Assembly (NCBI GenBank): GCA_963827655.1
Contig: CAWHCF010000050.1
Span: 1-64,000, forward strand
Reading direction: 5' to 3'
Source of the DNA: an uncultured Acidobacteriota bacterium
GTDB lineage: Bacteria; Acidobacteriota; UBA6911
DNA: 64,000 bases
In this document: piece by piece, positions 10,268 through 19,177 of the stretch
Layout: each line of letters opens with the position of its first letter
How positions within the stretch are numbered: the stretch's first letter is position 1
Position numbers and translations under genes: made by a program
Notes under the pieces: generated by a model
Database searches by the model: none
The model's input: the letters and a program-made list of their open reading frames with translations, nothing else
What the model was told of the DNA's origin: nothing

Positions 10268-12340
10268 TTATCTTGCCCAAATTCTGTTGAAATCAGAGAT
10301 GTAGTTCTGAACCAGGGGTGAAGCCTGGATGAAGACCGCGTTTTCGAAGTTGTTGTCCTCAGCATTTGCAGACCAGTTGTAGCTCCCGGTCAAGAGCAGG
10401 CTACTATCGACGATCATGTATTTGTTATGCATGATGCCGCCGGAATCGCCAGAAGAGCGTTTGAGGTTGAAACCCATGCTTTCCAAGTTAGCGATCTCGC
10501 TGCCCTGTCCGTTTGCCTGGCTGGTATCTGCAATTATCCGAATTGTCACTCCACGGCTCCTGGCCCGGGCGAGCGCATTTCTGATTTCGTCCGAAGTAAA
10601 CGAATAGATCGCGAGATCGAGGGTCGACTGGGCCCGATCGATCTCTGAGACGATACGGGCACGCACACCTCCATTGGGCGAAAATAGCGCTGTGGTCGCC
10701 GCTGGTGCATATCCAGGCGTGGCTACCGAAACTGTGCTGAAGATCGAGGAACTGTGGAAGCGAAGCGCCACGATCGCAAGTGAGCCCTTTGTTATAGAAA
10801 TCTCCGCCCGCCCGGAGCTGGCCCCTGGCAGGACCTGAAACAGGAAGACAGCCGTGTGCTGGCCCGACGGGAGGGAAAACGGGTATGTGCCCGACGCCAA
10901 CCCCGTAGTGCTTCGGAGTGTCAGCTGGCCCATAGTCGTCCCGGATCCTGGATTGGCCATGGCAAAGCCAGTATTGAACCCGCCGGATTCATCGACGAAG
11001 AAGTCGGCAGTCGCTGCCGGGTATGTCGCCGGAACCGAGGCTTCGGAGAAGAGCGCGGAGCCTTTGAACAGCTGGAAAATGGCGTTACCGCTAAGTTGAA
11101 CAGCCATCGAGTGTGTAAGTTTAGCCCAGCCGGTCGAGATGCTCGGTGACGTGCCACTGGTTTCGAGTTTGAGCGATCCACGCGCCGCAATTTGGAGTGA
11201 GAAAGTGCTGGAGGTCGTCGAGCCGATCGTTACTGTCAGGGGTACTCCTGAGCTTGAGAAAAACGACAAGGTCGCATCGGCGGGAACCGCTGTCTGGTTT
11301 GTCAGTAGCAGGATCGTCCGATACCCTCCACCATCCGCAATGTGCGGGAACACAAGATAGACCTCGTCAGCTGAAGGACCCGGTCCAATGGCAGTCACTG
11401 ACAGCTGAATCGCCGCCGTTCCGTTGCGAGCCTGAGCATCGCCTATCGTAATTGGGATAGTTTTCGGCCCGCTTGGCGTTGAATTGGACAGGGATACCTG
11501 AAAGGAAAATCGGTTGTCTCCCGCAATCGCGTCCCCGTTTGTGCCGTCGTCGAAAAAGACCTGCGAAGCGGACGACCCGATCGGAGAGAGATTGCCGTTA
11601 ACGACGATCCCGGTGCTGGTCGGGTTTGCCCCGGGCGTGACCGTTACCACCAGGAGAACTGTGCCACCGGCAGTCACAGAGGCGGGCAAGGCAGATGCTG
11701 AGCCAGACGGCGATGTCGCAGAAGGGATCCCGCCGCATTGGTTGGCGGCCGATGAGCTATTACGTGGACTGGGCGATCCGGTGGAGAAGTTCGAAGAATT
11801 GCTATCTGTGTCCGAGCAGCCGCCGTCAGCCCGGAGGATCGCCGTTGTGTTATTCAGACCCGGTGCCGGGGTGCCTTCTGAGCAGTTGGCGCTTCCATAC
11901 CCCACGAAGTCAACAATGCTGCTGCTCGAAGGACACGTACCCGTCAGCAGAGTGCTGCTGTTGACGAGGGCGACCTTTCCAGCCATTGCACTGATTCCTA
12001 TGGAGCCGACTGCGTCCGGTTGGGGCAGGCTCACGGTTCCGCTATTGCCCTGCTCTTCTTGAACCAAATAGTACCGGCCCGGCTGAATGGTTCCGGTTAG
12101 TGCTGTCGATACCCACGAGCTGCCGCTGGCAGATGCATACTGGACCGTCCAACCCGCGACGCTGATTGGCAGGCTTCCACGATTGAACAGCTCGATAAAG
12201 TCGTTTCTGATGGTGGCGCCGGAGTTCCCGCCTCCGCCGTAGATCTGGCCGATCACGATATTTTGCGATGCTGCATGGATCGGTCCCGTCAGAAGGAAAC
12301 CAATTAAGATTGCAGGGAACAGTCTTGCGGCTCTGAACAT
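10268..12340 (-). CDS. Secreted multidomain nuclease: lamin-tail domain, choice-of-anchor-X-like Ig module, unnamed beta-sandwich pair, Nuc-type PLD domain
   Basis: Signal peptide; QIYGGGGNSGA..NDFIELFN (LTD); FDDGTNGDAIAGD; FPHIADGGGY...TGFAMANP; single HKD motif HNKYMIVD..TGSYNWS..NFEN. Confidence 0.85.
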   Translation of the reverse strand: MFRAARLFPAILIGFLLTGPIHAASQNIVIGQIYGGGGNSGATIRNDFIELFNRGSLPISVAGWTVQYASASGSSWVSTALTGTIQPGRYYLVQEEQGNSGTVSLPQPDAVGSIGISAMAGKVALVNSSTLLTGTCPSSSSIVDFVGYGSANCSEGTPAPGLNNTTAILRADGGCSDTDSNSSNFSTGSPSPRNSSSAANQCGGIPSATSPSGSASALPASVTAGGTVLLVVTVTPGANPTSTGIVVNGNLSPIGSSASQVFFDDGTNGDAIAGDNRFSFQVSLSNSTPSGPKTIPITIGDAQARNGTAAIQLSVTAIGPGPSADEVYLVFPHIADGGGYRTILLLTNQTAVPADATLSFFSSSGVPLTVTIGSTTSSTFSLQIAARGSLKLETSGTSPSISTGWAKLTHSMAVQLSGNAIFQLFKGSALFSEASVPATYPAATADFFVDESGGFNTGFAMANPGSGTTMGQLTLRSTTGLASGTYPFSLPSGQHTAVFLFQVLPGASSGRAEISITKGSLAIVALRFHSSSIFSTVSVATPGYAPAATTALFSPNGGVRARIVSEIDRAQSTLDLAIYSFTSDEIRNALARARSRGVTIRIIADTSQANGQGSEIANLESMGFNLKRSSGDSGGIMHNKYMIVDSSLLLTGSYNWSANAEDNNFENAVFIQASPLVQNYISDFNRIWAR

Positions 12341-12970
12341 ATGTCTACTTGCGGCTCCCGGACACCGTCCGTGTATATAATTCTGGTTGAAAGGGAATTA
12401 AGAAAACGAATAGCAGAAGCGGAATGTGTGTTCTGTGCTTCGGCAACTTACTACTGCTGACTAATCCTCAACCCCATCTTGCAAAAAACACTTGCCTTCC
12501 ATTAATGAATTCACTAAGCCAAATCTGGACGTGACTTACCGCCTAAGTCCTCAAGGACCAACCTATAAATGAGGACGGAAGTACCTCGAGAAATTACCTA
12601 CCCGGACAACCTCGAGGCACCGAGTAAGAGGCACCTGGCACAAGAAAGTTGCTCAGATTTCACCAGGCACGGTCAGGGCATTGGTGCAGGAAAGCACTGA
12701 CGCGCCTGCGAAAGTTCCAAAGCCGATCTTCTTGTTCTCGCCCGGCTGCTTGCAAGGATGTGACACAGCCCAAAGAGTTAATGAGAAAAGTCTGGGATGT
12801 ACTGAGGCCTAAGATGGAGAGGATCTTTCACTTGCGGCTCGGCTGAGTTTCTTTACCATACGCCGTGCCGAATAGATTTTTCCTGCGCAGAATGTTTGGA
12901 GACGACCGCGATCGGGAAATCGACGTCGGGGAGTCGCTTGCATTCTTTGGGGATCATTCGTGTTCCTTGG

Positions 12971-13735
12971 TCAGGGCCCGCAGTAATGCACCAAGCAGTT
13001 GCCGAGTAATGCCGGACATGCGGCATGCAGTTTCTTGGCAAGTTTGAAATTGCGAAAACGGAGGAGGCGTGACTTCTTGGAATAAGCCGGCCAGTTATGC
13101 CGCCACGCGAGCCTGACAAACCGGACAAATCTTCGCGTGTCTTCCTCGCACAATACTGTGTGGCCGTCGAGCACTGCCGAAGCGGGCTGCCATTCAAAAA
13201 GCGGCTCACAAGGGCCGAACCGCCCAATAGCTGCAAGTATCCGCCGACGATCCAGTTTCGTCAGACGAGTCTTGAAGCGGTCGAGAAGGTCTGACGACCC
13301 CTCCTCCTCCTCCCCCTGGTTTAGCGTGAAGATGCACCAGAGCGTGCGGTCGTCTATGTCGCCGGACAGGAATGCCCGAACTGCACAGATGTTCAACCCA
13401 TCAAGGTCTTCTTCGAGATCTTCGGCGTTGATGTCCGATCTGACGAACGACCGCTTTCCGAGCTGATAACTAAGCTCAAGGATGCAGTAATAGCCGGTCG
13501 ACTCTTCTCGCAGCGTTGCCCGAATGCTCCGACGGAGAGTTGGCGCGATTTGCTTAGGCGTCGGCTCCTCCTCCCAGCTCGGTTCATCGAGGCAATAAGA
13601 GAGGTAGCCTCCAATGCTCTCCCATTGACTGTCGTCGCTCCACCCAAATTTCTCCAGGAACTGATTCCACGTCAGGTCAAAGACGCGTTCGGCAGCTTTG
13701 CGGTTAAGAGCGTAGTAATAATGTGTGTTGCCCAT
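12971..13735 (-). CDS. Hypothetical protein, 254 aa
   Basis: Intact ATG-started ORF with protein-like composition; no motif recognised. Confidence 0.6.
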   Translation of the reverse strand: MGNTHYYYALNRKAAERVFDLTWNQFLEKFGWSDDSQWESIGGYLSYCLDEPSWEEEPTPKQIAPTLRRSIRATLREESTGYYCILELSYQLGKRSFVRSDINAEDLEEDLDGLNICAVRAFLSGDIDDRTLWCIFTLNQGEEEEGSSDLLDRFKTRLTKLDRRRILAAIGRFGPCEPLFEWQPASAVLDGHTVLCEEDTRRFVRFVRLAWRHNWPAYSKKSRLLRFRNFKLAKKLHAACPALLGNCLVHYCGP

Positions 13736-13743
13736 CTTGAGAC

Positions 13744-13944
13744 TCAGTTTCGCCGCATGCCGGCATGACGGTAATGAATGTGCAGCGCTTCGATGCTCTC
13801 GCCGAATCTCCGCCTTCCATGCCTGATGCGTTGCTTTATTTCCGAGTCGATTTTCGGCCGGAAACTGTTCACGTCGATGAACAGAGGGAGTGCAAGCAGG
13901 ATGACGACAACCCCCGCTACGCCGATACCAATGTTCCTATGCAT
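13744..13944 (-). pseudogene. AsmA-family N-terminal fragment
   Basis: TM helix followed by LPLFIDVNSFRPKIDSEIK, typical of AsmA starts; similarity lost after about 40 codons. Confidence 0.55.
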
Positions 13945-14063
13945 CTTCCTCGTGACCGCCCTCCTTCAATCGTCTCCCGTGTCCATGGCGGAGATGTAGT
14001 CGCAGACACGACAAGAGAACTGCACCTCGGTGCATCATCCAGTCCTGTCCCCCTGCAGACTGC

Positions 14064-15461
14064 CTACTGGTGACTGATGCGCCACGAAAAGTCGTACCGG
14101 AAACCGATCGTAAACACACTGAAACCCTCCTCTCCCATTGGCCCTACACTGTCGATATCGATCTTGCTCTCCGTGTAGATCTTGGCGGTCCGGGCAAGGA
14201 ACCATTCGGCTCCCAGGATGAGATATCGGGTCCTGAAGTCAGGATTCAACACCGGATCCTGGCTGTCCGGAAGCTGTGCAGTGAAGCCGCCGATGAATCC
14301 AAACTTCTCCACCCCTGCCCGCACGTACAGTTCAACGCCGTCTGAGTCAAAGGCCACTGGTGTGGTCAGACTAGGTGTGCCCGGGAGCGGGATCCGCACA
14401 AGGTCCCCGTTATGCTGGTGAGAGTAGACAAATCCAAGCTCGAGCATTCGCCAATCCAGGCGGGTACCCAGCGCCATGTAATCGGCATTACCGCCCAGAC
14501 CCCGTATCAACGTCTGCTGGGTCGGGGACCAGTTGGTGCGAGTGTACGTGCCGCCGGCTTTCAGCTTCGGCAGAATTTTGAATTGGAGTGAAGCGCCGAC
14601 TCCATCGGTTGTGGTCTCATTGCCGGATGCACGAAATTGCCCCTGAAACCCGATTTCGATGATCTCAAAAATAGTGTTCCGATAGTTCAGCACGCGGTCG
14701 GCACGGCCGGTACCTGTAACCCCCCCGTCGGTTCCCGCCACATAGGACGATGTACCCTGGCCGCCAAACACGTTAAACCGGTCCGTCGTGTAGCTGGCGA
14801 TATCGTACTGCACTGCATTCTGCTTCCCGATAGCGACTCGGCCAAACGGCCCCAAATCGGCACCGACAAAACCAAGCCGTGCCAGGAAAACTGGAGAGGT
14901 TTCAGTCGTGGCAACACCGAAGTCTCCAGATCCGGCGGCGGAAAGGTTAAACTGGGTCTCACTCTGGACGAGATTCACTCCCCACTCGGCTCCGGCGATC
15001 AACTTGACCTTGCCGTAGGTTGCGAAATTGATCCCAACTCGGGTGGCATTGTCCTGCACCTCCAAATCGTCATTGAATGTGGCCAGGTGGGTACGCAATT
15101 GACCGTATGGCTCGAACAGTCCGACGAAGTTGGTAGGGCCGCTCGCTTGCTGCTTACCTACCCCAAATTCGCCGCCGCAGCCGTTCGACACCCAAACGCC
15201 TGCGTTGTCATAGCCCCAGTTATTTCCGAGGAGGCATTCGGATTCACCGATTGAACGCACCAGGACGACCCCCGCCGTTGTGTCGGCCGTACAGACCCGG
15301 CGTTCACCCAGTTTAGCAACGCAGGTTATGGCAGTCTGAGTGGGTTGGCTTGCCGGCGCTTGTTGCGCCTGGGCGCAGACGTTCCACAATGCAACGAGCA
15401 AGACCAGGAACACGCCTCGCTGCAATGAGCTCAACGCAAAGACACCATGAACATGGCACAT
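14064..15461 (-). CDS. DUF3011 domain fused to a Gram-negative porin beta-barrel
   Basis: GAGGAGG RBS, signal peptide, C..C..C..WGYD..GVWVSNGCGGEF (DUF3011), then porin pattern YGQLR, DNATRVG, ARLGFVG, IGKQ, C-terminal IGFRYDF. Confidence 0.8.
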   Translation of the reverse strand: MCHVHGVFALSSLQRGVFLVLLVALWNVCAQAQQAPASQPTQTAITCVAKLGERRVCTADTTAGVVLVRSIGESECLLGNNWGYDNAGVWVSNGCGGEFGVGKQQASGPTNFVGLFEPYGQLRTHLATFNDDLEVQDNATRVGINFATYGKVKLIAGAEWGVNLVQSETQFNLSAAGSGDFGVATTETSPVFLARLGFVGADLGPFGRVAIGKQNAVQYDIASYTTDRFNVFGGQGTSSYVAGTDGGVTGTGRADRVLNYRNTIFEIIEIGFQGQFRASGNETTTDGVGASLQFKILPKLKAGGTYTRTNWSPTQQTLIRGLGGNADYMALGTRLDWRMLELGFVYSHQHNGDLVRIPLPGTPSLTTPVAFDSDGVELYVRAGVEKFGFIGGFTAQLPDSQDPVLNPDFRTRYLILGAEWFLARTAKIYTESKIDIDSVGPMGEEGFSVFTIGFRYDFSWRISHQ

Positions 15462-15539
15462 GGCATTCCTCCTCAAGAGTGGCTTGGATAGATATCACTT
15501 CAAACTCCGTAGCTCGTGATTGGGCAACCACCGAGAGTA

Positions 15540-15665
15540 CGTCTGCACCTGACGTGCCGGTCTTGGCCCCCGCGTCCGACTGCGCTGAACCCGACGAGCC
15601 CGAGTTGATGAATTGTGCGAGCGCTTTCTCGTTCTCGAATAAGAAGATCACCCGGTAGCCCCTCG
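15540..15665 (-). pseudogene. Internal fragment of a YSC84/SYLF-like lipid-binding protein
   Basis: YRVIFLFENEKALAQFINSG..AQSDAGAKTG resembles the SYLF core and the intact homolog at 41822-42382 (YAMFFMNEKAL). Confidence 0.5.
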
Positions 15666-15918
15666 TGAAAGTCTCTGACATGGGATATCGCGTTGACCGA
15701 GGATTTTGGCCACTGGGCAGTCCTTAACCTGGATCCTGGAACGTCTCGCAGGGGGGCGGGATCGGTGAAAGGCCAAACTGTCGGCATCGATGCGCTCAAT
15801 GCACGAGCTTCATTCTGACTTTATCTGTGTGCCACAGACGACTGTAAAGGATGGCAGGTTCAGCATCGATCACATAACCAGGCAAGGGCTGCGCCCTTGA
15901 TATGCCGCCAAAAGGATA

Positions 15919-16103
15919 AGAAGCCAGGAGTCAGAAGCCAGAAGCCAGGAGTCAGAAGCCAGAAGCCACATTCATCCTTCCTTCTTGAGGTCCGCCGTAA
16001 CCTAGGTCGTGTGCCAGCCAGGTAGTAGCGGACTTCAGCGAGCCCTCGATTTGCTGCACCAGGCCAACACATTCTTGCTCCTGACTTCTGACTTCTGGCT
16101 TCT
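15919..16103. repeat. Heptamer tandem repeats in inverted arrangement
   Basis: Seven AGAAGCC/AGGAGTC units at 15919-15967; about 3.5 reverse-complement units at 16078-16103. Confidence 0.9.
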
Positions 16104-16441
16104 AATGTGAACAAAATTCTCATAAGCTCGGACATAACGGTTTAGAGTTCGACTTTTCGCTGAATGAAGCGACCTTTGCTTCCGTGCATCGAAACGATGT
16201 TCAACGGCAAGCTCGAGGTGGCGCAAAGTACGATAGGCCCGGTCACGCTAACCCAGCTTGATTATCGATAGGAATCGACGTAAAGTTAGACCGATTCTAG
16301 GACATCCAGTTCAAAGATAAGCGGAGAGTTTGGCTCAGTAGGCAACCAGGCGGGAGTCAACAGCAGGGAAGTCGAAGTTGCGCCGCTTATCGGCGACGGA
16401 TCGCAGAACTCGACTACCGTCAACGACCGAACATGACCTTA

Positions 16442-16729
16442 GTGCTGCTGTTCGCAATTGCGGTGACGTATCTTGGCAGTGAGGCCTGAAGGGCCGCCAG
16501 AGAGTAGGCCCGGCCGTAAGGCCGGGATCAGACGTGCATTATTAAGAAGGAGCGCCGAAGGTGCGACACAGCCGGAGTGCCGGTCCTTCGGACCTCGTGT
16601 CAGGGACCCTTTGAAAACCCCGCCCTTACGGGCGGGGCTACTCACTGACGGGCCTTCGGCCCTAGGCAACAACACAGCCGACTCCTACTGCTCTGCCCAA
16701 TACGTCGGCGTAATTATGAACCAACCGAC
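16442..16729 (+). mobile_element. MITE-like non-coding element, copy 1 (288 bp), carrying GTAG-type REP hairpins
   Basis: Near-identical inverted copy at 30115-30405; TTA direct repeats at 16439-16441 and 16730-16732; imperfect TIRs GT.......GTTC..AATT; several internal hairpins. Confidence 0.85.
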
Positions 16730-16778
16730 TTAGGCGTTCCGACCGTTTCCGCCGGTTGAGGAGAAGCCCAAAACCCAC

Positions 16779-17711
16779 ATGAGAGTAACCAACGACCGCA
16801 AGACGTCTCCGTACGGCGCCACCAGTCACGAGGAGCGCACGCCTGAGCAACTCCTGAAGCTCTACGAGATCACATCGGAGGACCTGGAGAGCATCCGGGC
16901 CTATGGCAAGCTCGTGACTCCCCGGTTGAGCGAGTACATCGACGGCTTCTACTCGTGGATGAGGACCCTGCCGGTGTTCGACGAATACTTCTCGGATCCC
17001 CAGAAGCTGGCTCACGTGCAGAGGCTCCAGCTCGATTACTGGAGGGACTTCTTGAAAGCCAACGTGGACGACGGCTACGTCGAACGGCGGCGCGTCGTTG
17101 GCGAGGTCCACGCCCGCATCGGGCTGCCGCTGCCGACGTACTTCGCGGCGATGAACCTGTCTCTGAAGCTGCTGACCGAGACGATGTACGACGGCAGCCT
17201 GTCCGATAAGGAGTACGCCAACGCGGTCCGAGCCGTCACCAAGCTGCTGCATCTCGATACCGCGATCGTCGTGGACACCTTCTCCACTGGCACGAACCGG
17301 GTGATTGCTGAGCAGAGCCAGACGCTGTCGGAGATGTCCACGCCGGTGACGGCGATCTGGGACGGAATCCTCATGCTGCCCGTGGTGGGCATCATCGACT
17401 CGAAGCGCGCCCAGGACATCATGCACGCCATGCTCTCGATGATCGCCGAGACCAAAGCGAAGGTCTTCATCCTGGATATCAGCGGCGTGGCCGTCGTGGA
17501 CACGGCCGTGGCCAACCATCTGATCAAGATCACCAAGGCGACCAAGCTGATGGGCTGCGAATGCACGATCTCGGGTGTCTCGCCGGCGATCGCCCAAACC
17601 GTAGTCGAGCTGGGCATCGACGTCGGCAACGTGAGCACAACGGCCAATCTGCGCGACGCGCTCACATACGCATTCCGCAAGACCAGCGTGGAAATCCGCA
17701 GGCTGCCCTGA
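16779..17711 (+). CDS. rsbR: Stressosome sensor RsbR: protoglobin/globin-coupled sensor domain plus STAS
   Basis: Globin motifs IDGFY (B10 Tyr) and VGEVHARIGL (proximal His); STAS motifs LSEMSTPV, LPVVGIIDSKRA, LDISGVAVVDTAVANHL, GVSPAIAQT. Confidence 0.92.
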   Translation: MRVTNDRKTSPYGATSHEERTPEQLLKLYEITSEDLESIRAYGKLVTPRLSEYIDGFYSWMRTLPVFDEYFSDPQKLAHVQRLQLDYWRDFLKANVDDGYVERRRVVGEVHARIGLPLPTYFAAMNLSLKLLTETMYDGSLSDKEYANAVRAVTKLLHLDTAIVVDTFSTGTNRVIAEQSQTLSEMSTPVTAIWDGILMLPVVGIIDSKRAQDIMHAMLSMIAETKAKVFILDISGVAVVDTAVANHLIKITKATKLMGCECTISGVSPAIAQTVVELGIDVGNVSTTANLRDALTYAFRKTSVEIRRLP

Positions 17712-17728
17712 ACTCACAGAGGCCTTTC

Positions 17729-18133
17729 GTGGAGTTGCAGAGCGAAATTCCCCCCGTGCCGATGCAGGTCATCTCCGGTTGTCTGGTGGCATCGATTCAA
17801 TTGGATCTAACCACCGAGATCCTGCGGCGCTTCCAGCAGGACCTGCTACAGCGCATCCAGAGCTCCAGCGTGTCGGCCGTCATTGTGGATGTCTCGGGCG
17901 TGGAGATCATGGACCTCGAGGACTTCGAGCTGCTGCGGCGCTCGATGGCCATGGCGTCGATCATGGGCGCCCGGCCCATCGTGGTGGGGTTGCGGGCCGG
18001 TATCGTCGCGTCGCTGATCGCACTGGACGCCAAGGTTGACGGCATCGAGGCGGCCGCCGACCTGGACGATGCGCTGGAGCGCCTGCGGCCCGTTGCGACC
18101 AGACAGCGGGGCAACGGCGGACAACACTGCTGA
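17729..18133 (+). CDS. rsbS: Stressosome STAS protein RsbS
   Basis: GTG start after AGAGG; LVASIQLDL..FQQDLL..IVDVSGVEIMD..IMGA..VVGL; position between rsbR and rsbT. Confidence 0.88.
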   Translation: MELQSEIPPVPMQVISGCLVASIQLDLTTEILRRFQQDLLQRIQSSSVSAVIVDVSGVEIMDLEDFELLRRSMAMASIMGARPIVVGLRAGIVASLIALDAKVDGIEAAADLDDALERLRPVATRQRGNGGQHC

Positions 18134-18159
18134 AAGTCTCGACCGGGGTGCGCCTTCTA

Positions 18160-18576
18160 ATGAGACCGCCAATGAAGCAGGTACGGAAGGTCAGGGTAGC
18201 GATCTCCACTGAAATGGACATTGCCAAGAGTATCCTCCATGCCAGACGCATGAGTGCGGATCTGGGCTTCGGGGTTGCAGAGCAGAACCGGGTTGCCACC
18301 GCCACAAGCGAACTGGCCCGCAACATCTTCAAGTATGCCGGCGTGGGCCACGTGACGATCGCGCCCATCGAGCGAGACGGCCGCATGGGCATTGAGATCC
18401 TTGCCGAGGATCACGGCCCGGGCATCGAGGACATTGAGAAGGCGATGGAAGACCGGTACAGCTCCGGCGGCACATTAGGGCTGGGTCTTCCGGGCGTCCG
18501 CCGGTTGATGGACGTGTTCAGAATCGAGTCGGCGCCCGGGCGGGGCACGCGTGTGATGGCGCTAAAACTGCGATGA
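18160..18576 (+). CDS. rsbT: Switch Ser/Thr kinase RsbT
   Basis: ATATSELARNIFKYAG, EDHGPGI, YSSGGTLGLGLPGVRRLMD, SAPGRGT. Confidence 0.93.
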   Translation: MRPPMKQVRKVRVAISTEMDIAKSILHARRMSADLGFGVAEQNRVATATSELARNIFKYAGVGHVTIAPIERDGRMGIEILAEDHGPGIEDIEKAMEDRYSSGGTLGLGLPGVRRLMDVFRIESAPGRGTRVMALKLR

Positions 18577-19177
18577 CTCAGACCAGCTGCCACCGCGTGG
18601 ATTACTATGGTCTGGTGAGGCCGAGAGTCGGCTATCGCCATGCCGGTGACGCCGCGGTCATCGTCGCGTATGAAGGCAAGCTACTGGCCGGGATTGTGGA
18701 CGTGCTCGGTCATGGTCCCGAGGCGCATGAAGTGGCGATGAAGGCGAAACATTACCTGGACAACGGCCTGGAGCCGGGCGACCCCCTCGAACTCCTCAAG
18801 GGCTTGCACGACACTCTCAGGGGCACGCGGGGTGCTGCCGCGGGCCTGGCCGTGCTCGACTCCGCCCAGGGACTCGTGCGTTACGCAGGTGTTGGCAACA
18901 CCACCATTCGCCGCTTCGGGACCGTGGACGACCGGTTGGTGTCGGTCGATGGGATTGTCGGGGGGGGACCATGCGCACGCCGCGGGAGCAGCGGATGAGT
19001 CTGAGCCGACGCGACGTTGTCCTCATGTACAGCGATGGTGTGCGCGACCACTTCGAATGGCGCGACAATCCGCAGCTTCTGCGGGGGGATGCCGAGAAGA
19101 TTGTCCGGACTGTGATTCGACTCTTCGCCAGGGATTATGACGACGCCGCTTGCATTGCCGTGAGGTACGACCCGTGA
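18573..19177 (+). CDS. rsbX: PP2C/SpoIIE-type phosphatase RsbX; frameshift at a G8 tract
   Basis: [29 protein letters not shown] / MYSDGV, DDA; ATGA overlap with rsbT; ORFs 18573-18998 and 18971-19177 join at 18960-18967. Confidence 0.88.
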
